From positions 1-23,581 of the forward strand of contig CAXXFV010000033.1 in assembly GCA_963674595.2 (NCBI GenBank): a stretch of 23,581 nucleotides of DNA. Reading direction: 5' to 3'. Shown here in pieces: positions 17,964 through 23,581 of the stretch. A model generated the notes under the pieces. It saw nothing but the letters and a program-made list of their open reading frames with translations, was not told where the DNA came from and did no database searches. Origin of the DNA: a bacterium (GTDB lineage: Bacteria > Zhuqueibacterota > Zhuqueibacteria > Residuimicrobiales > Krinioviventaceae). Position 1 is the stretch's first letter, and each line of letters starts with the position of its first letter. The translations under genes and the position numbers were made by a program.

Positions 17964-18612
17964 TAAAAAAAACTATAAAATTTATCTTCTTTACCTATTT
18001 TTTGGCTTTGGGGGGCTTTGGCATTCTCTCGAAATTTTTCAAAAGACCATGCGCCTACTCGCTTCATCTATGATTATTGCTGTCACAATTTTATTGTTTA
18101 TTACGGTCTATAATTCAAATTTTAAAAAAAAGGGATTTATTATTTGGAGCTGCTTCGTTTTGTTTTGTGGTATTGCCATTGAAGCATTAGGAGTTAAAAC
18201 CCAAATTCCATTTGGTGGATATGAGTATGGCGTAGTTCTTCAACCTCAAATTTTTGATGTACCTGTCGCTATAAGTTTTGCCTGGTTACTAATAACACTA
18301 TCATCTTTACTCATGTCAATGAAATTAGTAAATTATTATGGTTTTAAATATAAATATATTATAACGCCAATCTTAACAGCTATATTTATGCTCATATTTG
18401 ATTTAATTATGGAGCAGGCAGCACCGAAACTGGAATATTGGACATGGCAAAATAACGTTGTCCCTATTCAAAATTATCTTACGTGGTTTATTTTGGGAGC
18501 AATTTTTTCATTTTTGTGGAATAGTTTTAAAATAGAAATTAAATCTGATGATAAATTTTATTTTCATGTTTATTTATCACAGCTAATATACTTTGTTTTT
18601 GTGATTTTTTAA
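17944..18612 (+). CDS. cruF: Carotenoid 1,2-hydratase, CruF family membrane protein
   Basis: IEALGVKTQIPFGGYEYG..L.PQIFDVPVAISFAW, FDLIME, YWTW and VPIQNYLTWF match the CruF/DUF422 pattern. Confidence 0.85.
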   Translation: MKTKIFDKKNYKIYLLYLFFGFGGLWHSLEIFQKTMRLLASSMIIAVTILLFITVYNSNFKKKGFIIWSCFVLFCGIAIEALGVKTQIPFGGYEYGVVLQPQIFDVPVAISFAWLLITLSSLLMSMKLVNYYGFKYKYIITPILTAIFMLIFDLIMEQAAPKLEYWTWQNNVVPIQNYLTWFILGAIFSFLWNSFKIEIKSDDKFYFHVYLSQLIYFVFVIF

Positions 18613-18953
18613 TATTTCAAGTAATTGTCTTATAGTATTTATATTAAAAAATCATTTGCTAAACCGTTAGTAAATTAATTATAACTTTTATATTAACTCT
18701 AACGCCTTTTTCTGTGCTTTATTTGAAGTTCGGCTCGCTGTTTTAAATTGATTAAAATTTTAATGTTATAAACGCTCAAAACGACGCAGGTTATGCAATC
18801 ATTATTAACCTGCTTAAAGCTCATCAGGCATTCCCACGCTCGACCAAGTCGTCCTGAAAAGCAATTCCTTATAGCTGATAAATAAATAATACAAACTTTC
18901 TTAAATCCGCGCAAGCTGTTTTTAAAAAATCTGAAAATAATAGAACAGCCGAT

Positions 18954-18989
18954 CTATGCAGGAATATAAAATTTTATATCCCTGCATAG
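18954..18989 (-). terminator. 36-bp near-perfect palindrome downstream of the GH78 gene (terminator or stabilising hairpin)
   Basis: CTATGCAGG-A-ATATAAAA|TTTTATAT-C-CCTGCATAG. The single mismatch becomes a G-U pair on the minus strand. It lies 72 bp after the GH78 stop and has no immediate U-tract. Confidence 0.5.
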
Positions 18990-19061
18990 TTTAAGCGTCT
19001 AAAAATTTCACTTCACAGTGAGCAGGCCAACAAGCAGTCGTACTCGCGTCATATCTTTTGA

Positions 19062-21695
19062 CTATTCAGCAGTAAAACGATAAACACCACTGCCGACGAT
19101 ATAAACCTCGGCCTGAGCACGCTTGCCTGCATAGCTGACGCCCAAAGCATTGGCCGCTGGTACGCCGCTTTCAAAAACTTTATCCGCACCGGCTGCCGGT
19201 ATGTGTACCTCTGCTTCCGCCCCGACCGGGACTTTCAGTTCCAGGATAAAACTCTTTCCCTGTCGCTGCCATTTGCATTGCACCCGGCCCCGAACTGTTT
19301 CAATCCGAACTTTGACCCATTCCAGAGAGTCGATCACTGCCGGGTTTACGATAAAACGGCGAAATCCCGGTTCTACCGGCTGCACCCCGCCGAATCGGGA
19401 AAGCAGAGTTGCCATCGGGCCGCTGAACATGGCGTGATTATGGGAATTCATTGCTCCCTTTGAATACCACTGCTCCCAGGTCGTGGTGGCGCCCAGTTTG
19501 ATCTGGTTACCGAAACCCGGATAGGTATCCTGGGTAAAAACCTGCAGCGCCAGATCTCCGTATCCATAATCGCAAAGAACATCGCCGATATACTCTGTTC
19601 CGGTAATACCGGTATCGAGATGCCCGTTTTTATCAATCGAGATGGTACGCGCCAAATGTTCAGCCACCTTTTCTTTACGGTCAGGTGGGGTGATATTGAA
19701 GGCCAAAGGCAATATGTCCTCGGTTTGAGAACCGTTCCCGTAGGTATTCTGTTCTGGATGAAAAAAGACGGCATTATAAGCAAGACGGATTGAATCGGCC
19801 AGTGCGCTGTATTTTTTTACAGCCGGTTCGTCATTCAGGACCGCTGCCGTGTTAGCCACGGTTTTCGCACACAGGAAAAACAAGGCGGTGTTTACCGCCG
19901 TTACGTTGCTGAAATAGGATTCCCAGGTTCCCTCGTTGGGCGCACACCAATCGCCGTAACCGTCACGATAAATAAAATCGGGTGTTCGGCCGGCAACGGC
20001 ATTCACATAGTTTTTCATCCTTTCATAATTTTCCTGTAAAATAGCTGTGTCATCGTAACAAAAATACAATCGCCAGGGCAGCAGCGCCTGATCGCCATCC
20101 CAATCCGGATTGCCGTTGCCGCCGCGAATATCCCGCAACCATTTACGATAATACCGGTACATGGGAAAGAGATACATTGCACCTTCTTCATAAACGCGCG
20201 AATCCATGGCGCAGGGTGTCCGTTCATCCCGCATGGGACAATCGGTTGGAATGGACATAAAATTGCTCTTCATGCTCCAGAGAAAGTTTTGGGCAACACG
20301 ATTCAGCATCGCATCAGAGCAGGTAAAAGATCCCTCACTTGCAAAATCTGCATGCACAACGCGGCCTTTAATCATTTTTGCCGTCGGTTTTTTTTCAAGT
20401 CCGGTAATTTCCACATAGCGAAAGCCGTGATAGGTAAACCGCGGTTCATAGACCTCGGTTCCTTTGCCTTTGAAAATATAAATATCCGTAGCCCGGGCCC
20501 TGCGGTTGGTCCAGGGATCAATCATGCCTGTGGAATCGACCAGTTCGCTGTAATGCAGCTTAACACTGTCGCCCTGTTGGCCCTTCATCTGAATACGTGC
20601 CCAGCCTGCAAAATTCTGCCCCATATCGGCAACGAAAATACCCGGCCTGGGCTCGGTTATGTTTACCGGTGCAATGGTCTGCGTAACCCGAAGCATCGGC
20701 ATGGTGTTGGCAAGCAGACGCCCGCCCGGTGATTCGGTTATAATGACCGGCGACCAATCCTTGTCATCAAAGCCAAAGGAGCTCCATCCATGCTGCTCTT
20801 TGCGGCCATCATAAATTTCACCGCTATAAATGCCGCAAGCCGTGATCGGCCCTTCATGAAAACGCCAATCCGCATCCGAAATAATTTCCTGTTGAGAGCC
20901 ATCCGTCAGATCGATTCGTATCTGCAAAATGAAACGTTTAGATTTTAACCATTTCCAACCCCATTTCGAATAGGTGGAATCGTATCCGCCACCGAGCATA
21001 ACACCTACGGCATTACCCTTTTGCCGAAGCAGTTCGGTTACATCAAATGTATCGTAAAGATTTACACGATCATAGTGCGAATTGGGCGGGGCCAATACCT
21101 GATCGCCGACTTTTACTCCGTTCAGATATAATTCATACCATCCCAGACCATATATATAAGCTGTAGCGCTTTTGATTTCTCCCGACACAGAGAATTCGCG
21201 TCTGAATAACGGTGCAGCCGCCTGTTCGTTTTCTGTTGTCGAAATCCATTGAGCGTGCCAGTCCGATTCTTCCAACAAACCGACCTGCCAAGGCCCCGGC
21301 TCGCTCCATAATGACGCATGATCAAGTTCATCCCACACACGAACCTGCCAATAATATCGTTCGCCGGACTTGAGCGGTGTGCCGCCATACACCACATTTG
21401 TAGAATTATCAGATTCCACTTTGCCGCTGTCCCACATATCGCCGATGCCGCGTTGAAGCGAATCCGGATTTTTGCTAACCAAAATCTGATAGGCGCTTTG
21501 ACGGCTGTTACGCTGCGTTGAATTCAAAATCCAACCAAGGGAGGGATTTTGATGATCAATAGCGATGGGATTGACGGCGTGGTCGCAGTAAAGACCATCT
21601 ACCTGAATGGAACAGGATGATTTTGCCATCAGGTTTGAACAAACAGTTATTGCCAAACCCAGCAATACACATGAAATGAATTTAATAATTTCCAT
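19062..21695 (-). CDS. Secreted GH78 alpha-L-rhamnosidase-family glycoside hydrolase
   Basis: Signal peptide, QSAYQILV, DMWDSGKV, YYWQVRVWD, APLFRREF, GLGWYELYLNG, DMGQNFAGW, PRFTYHGFRY, IPTDCP.RDER, GATTTWEQW, MNSHNH. Confidence 0.92.
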   Translation of the reverse strand: MEIIKFISCVLLGLAITVCSNLMAKSSCSIQVDGLYCDHAVNPIAIDHQNPSLGWILNSTQRNSRQSAYQILVSKNPDSLQRGIGDMWDSGKVESDNSTNVVYGGTPLKSGERYYWQVRVWDELDHASLWSEPGPWQVGLLEESDWHAQWISTTENEQAAAPLFRREFSVSGEIKSATAYIYGLGWYELYLNGVKVGDQVLAPPNSHYDRVNLYDTFDVTELLRQKGNAVGVMLGGGYDSTYSKWGWKWLKSKRFILQIRIDLTDGSQQEIISDADWRFHEGPITACGIYSGEIYDGRKEQHGWSSFGFDDKDWSPVIITESPGGRLLANTMPMLRVTQTIAPVNITEPRPGIFVADMGQNFAGWARIQMKGQQGDSVKLHYSELVDSTGMIDPWTNRRARATDIYIFKGKGTEVYEPRFTYHGFRYVEITGLEKKPTAKMIKGRVVHADFASEGSFTCSDAMLNRVAQNFLWSMKSNFMSIPTDCPMRDERTPCAMDSRVYEEGAMYLFPMYRYYRKWLRDIRGGNGNPDWDGDQALLPWRLYFCYDDTAILQENYERMKNYVNAVAGRTPDFIYRDGYGDWCAPNEGTWESYFSNVTAVNTALFFLCAKTVANTAAVLNDEPAVKKYSALADSIRLAYNAVFFHPEQNTYGNGSQTEDILPLAFNITPPDRKEKVAEHLARTISIDKNGHLDTGITGTEYIGDVLCDYGYGDLALQVFTQDTYPGFGNQIKLGATTTWEQWYSKGAMNSHNHAMFSGPMATLLSRFGGVQPVEPGFRRFIVNPAVIDSLEWVKVRIETVRGRVQCKWQRQGKSFILELKVPVGAEAEVHIPAAGADKVFESGVPAANALGVSYAGKRAQAEVYIVGSGVYRFTAE

Positions 21696-21961
21696 AATAT
21701 TCCTGTAAAACAGTGATTCAATTTGCCGTTTGTTTTCAAATATAGCTATTTATTTTTTAAATAACTAAATGGTTCGTTCAGGGATTTACACTTTGGCCTG
21801 TACCAACCCTAGGGCCGGTGTGGATCATTTTGATTTTCAAACGATTAAAAGCAAAATAAGCAACACAACAAGACATAACTGAAAATAGTTAAATCCATTT
21901 TCGATTTCATGCATCTAATAGATAAATTTTAAGAAAAACCATCTGTTTTATGGAGGAAACC

Positions 21962-22606
21962 ATGAACTTTTTAAAAGATAAAGATAAAGAAACATTAAAA
22001 GCCCGATTTAAAGACCTGGACAAACCCGTTAATTTGATATATTTTACACAGGAACTGGAGTGTCAGTATTGCCGGGAAACCAGAATACTGTTGGAAGAAG
22101 TTGCTGATTTGTCGGAAAAAATTACATTACAGGTTTACAATCTTTTAGTAGATAAAGAAAAAGCCCAGGAATACAATATCGACAAAATACCGGCCACGGT
22201 TGTTATGGCAGACAAGGATGTGGGTATTCGTTTTTACGGTATTCCCAGCGGTTACGAGTTTGCATCATTGCTGGAAGGTATGGAACTTGTTTCAACCGGA
22301 AAATCACCGCTAAGCCAAAGCACGATAGACAAAGTCAAATCACTTGATAAGGACGTCCACATTCAGGTTTTTGTGACACCGACTTGTCCCTACTGTCCGG
22401 GAGCGGTTATAACCGGCCATGCCCTTGCATTGGCAAATCCCAACATCAAAGCCGACATGGTTGAAGCGACAGAGTTCCCGCACCTGGCAAATAAATATGG
22501 CGTTATGGGAGTCCCACGGATTGTTATTAATGAAGACACATTTTTTGAAGGCGCTCTTCCCGAAGCGGCTTATATCGACAAGGTTTATGAGGCAATAAAA
22601 GAATAA
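21962..22606 (+). CDS. Protein disulfide oxidoreductase (two thioredoxin folds; PDO / AhpF N-terminal-domain-like)
   Basis: GGAGGA RBS before ATG 21962, CQYC and CPYC motifs, IRFYGIPSGYEF, VFVTPTCPYCP, YGVMGVP. Confidence 0.9.
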   Translation: MNFLKDKDKETLKARFKDLDKPVNLIYFTQELECQYCRETRILLEEVADLSEKITLQVYNLLVDKEKAQEYNIDKIPATVVMADKDVGIRFYGIPSGYEFASLLEGMELVSTGKSPLSQSTIDKVKSLDKDVHIQVFVTPTCPYCPGAVITGHALALANPNIKADMVEATEFPHLANKYGVMGVPRIVINEDTFFEGALPEAAYIDKVYEAIKE

Positions 22607-22616
22607 GAATAAAAAC

Positions 22617-22643
22617 AAAAACCCCGGTTAAGCCGGGGTTTTT
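22617..22643. terminator. Bidirectional intrinsic terminator
   Basis: AAAAACCCCGG-TTAAG-CCGGGGTTTTT between convergent genes. Confidence 0.88.
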
Positions 22644-22852
22644 TATATCTTGTAATTTAATTTTGTATATTGATCCAGTATACTCTTCTTTTCTTCATAA
22701 CAGCTTTTGGTATCTTCAATTGTACAATGGGTATGAGCTCCACAGCAGCCGCTGTTCCGTTTTTTGTAACGACTGATATACAGGCCAAGCCACATCAGTG
22801 AAAAAGCTATCAGAAAAAATCCAATAACAATAAAATATTGTTTCATAATCAT
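22643..22852 (-). CDS. Small single-TM Cys-rich protein, NqrM/DUF539-like
   Basis: N-terminal TM helix, basic patch, then SGCCGAHTHC...SC (4 Cys). It sits immediately downstream of apbE, the position nqrM occupies in nqr operons. Confidence 0.6.
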   Translation of the reverse strand: MIMKQYFIVIGFFLIAFSLMWLGLYISRYKKRNSGCCGAHTHCTIEDTKSCYEEKKSILDQYTKLNYKI

Positions 22853-22856
22853 ATTT

Positions 22857-23581
22857 CTATTTATTAATTAAAAATTTCTCAAATTGCGGTGTCATTTTTT
22901 CAACAAACGCACCGTTTTCTCTAATTATCATAAATACAGCTAAATTTTCATCCAACGCCAATTTAAATCCCTTTTCCGGACCAAGGACATCAATGGCTGT
23001 AGCCAAACCGTCTGCTACCATACATAAAGAATCAATGACAGTTACCGATGCCAGGGAATGGGTAATCGGTTTGCCGGTACGGGGATCAATTGTATGTGAA
23101 TAACGAACATTATTCTCTTCAAAATAGTTGCGATAGTCACCTGAGGTTGCCACAGAGATATTTTTCACATGCACCACTTTTTGGATCCCGGCCTCTGCCG
23201 AAGGTGTGGAAATACCGATTTTCCACAATTCACCTTTCTGGTTAAATCCTTTGGCCTGAATTTCACCGCCGATTTCCACTAAAAAATTGGCAATTCCTAA
23301 TGAATCCAAATAATCGGCAACAACATCAACACCATATCCTTTGGCAATCGCCGAAAGATCGCAGTAAATTTTCGGATTACTCTTTCTAAGTGCAGGTGGA
23401 TTTTCCTGAACAGACAAGTTCTCAAATCCGGTCATTTTCATTCGTTCTTGAATTTCCGCATCAGAAGGGATACGAGTAGGCCTCTTTTCAGGTCCGAATC
23501 CCCAAAGGTTTACCAAAGGTCCGACAGTAATATCAAAAGCCCCGTCGGACAACCGGCTGATATCGTTTGCATTTTCAACAA
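22857..23581 (-). CDS. apbE: FAD:protein FMN transferase ApbE, 3' part (runs off window end)
   Basis: GAFDITVGPLVNLWGFG, DLSAIAKGYGVD, VEIGGE, ATSGDYRNYFE, YSHTIDPRTG, ADGLATA. The frame stays open to the window edge. Confidence 0.95.
   Translation of the reverse strand, partial: VENANDISRLSDGAFDITVGPLVNLWGFGPEKRPTRIPSDAEIQERMKMTGFENLSVQENPPALRKSNPKIYCDLSAIAKGYGVDVVADYLDSLGIANFLVEIGGEIQAKGFNQKGELWKIGISTPSAEAGIQKVVHVKNISVATSGDYRNYFEENNVRYSHTIDPRTGKPITHSLASVTVIDSLCMVADGLATAIDVLGPEKGFKLALDENLAVFMIIRENGAFVEKMTPQFEKFLINK

Noticed and set aside
10994-18612. Rhodopsin antenna or photosynthesis-associated pigment cluster
   Set aside because: No rhodopsin, blh/brp, ketolase or bacteriochlorophyll genes in the window.
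18812-18828. Hammerhead ribozyme-like core on the minus strand (CTGATGA followed by GCTT-T-AAGC)
   Set aside because: The required GAAA after stem II is absent (AGGT follows) and I could not build stems I and III around a cleavage triplet.
18699-18914. 71-aa minus-strand ORF in the cruF-GH78 gap
   Set aside because: No ATG start or RBS and no recognisable motif. Probably a chance ORF.
16842-21695. Functional link between the GH78 rhamnosidase and the carotenoid glycosyltransferase
   Set aside because: Convergent orientation, different base composition and a secretion signal on GH78. Nothing beyond adjacency supports a link.

Overview
Bacterial chromosomal window, AT-rich overall. The host is possibly an FCB-related lineage such as KSB1 or Calditrichota, but that is only a weak inference from protein style. 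Left part: 3' end of slyD, a DUF2892 membrane protein, a YhhN-family protein, then a minus-strand translation cluster (tRNA-Ser(TGA), tRNA-Ser(GCT), DUF3566 protein, gltX, tRNA-Gln(CTG), terminator, glnS). The first ~3.8 kb carries many single-base frameshifts that look like sequencing/assembly errors. Middle: a secreted BNR/Asp-box sialidase-fold protein, a yciO-like gene followed by an unannotated 29-aa ORF and a standalone B3/B4 (tRNA-editing-like) gene, an SO_0444-type metal permease fused to a CopZ-like domain, and aspA. The main accessory element is a compact, visibly more AT-rich 8-gene carotenoid operon at 10994-18612 (TPR-like unknown, crtYcd, crtD-like, crtI, crtB, cruD-like acyltransferase, cruC-like glycosyltransferase, cruF hydratase). 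It is predicted to make an acylated, glycosylated monocyclic C40 carotenoid. It is followed by a structured intergenic region, a more GC-rich GH78 rhamnosidase with an atypical active-site motif, a two-CxxC protein disulfide oxidoreductase, and the 3' end of an apbE plus nqrM-like unit. No CRISPR array, rRNA or intact mobile element was seen.
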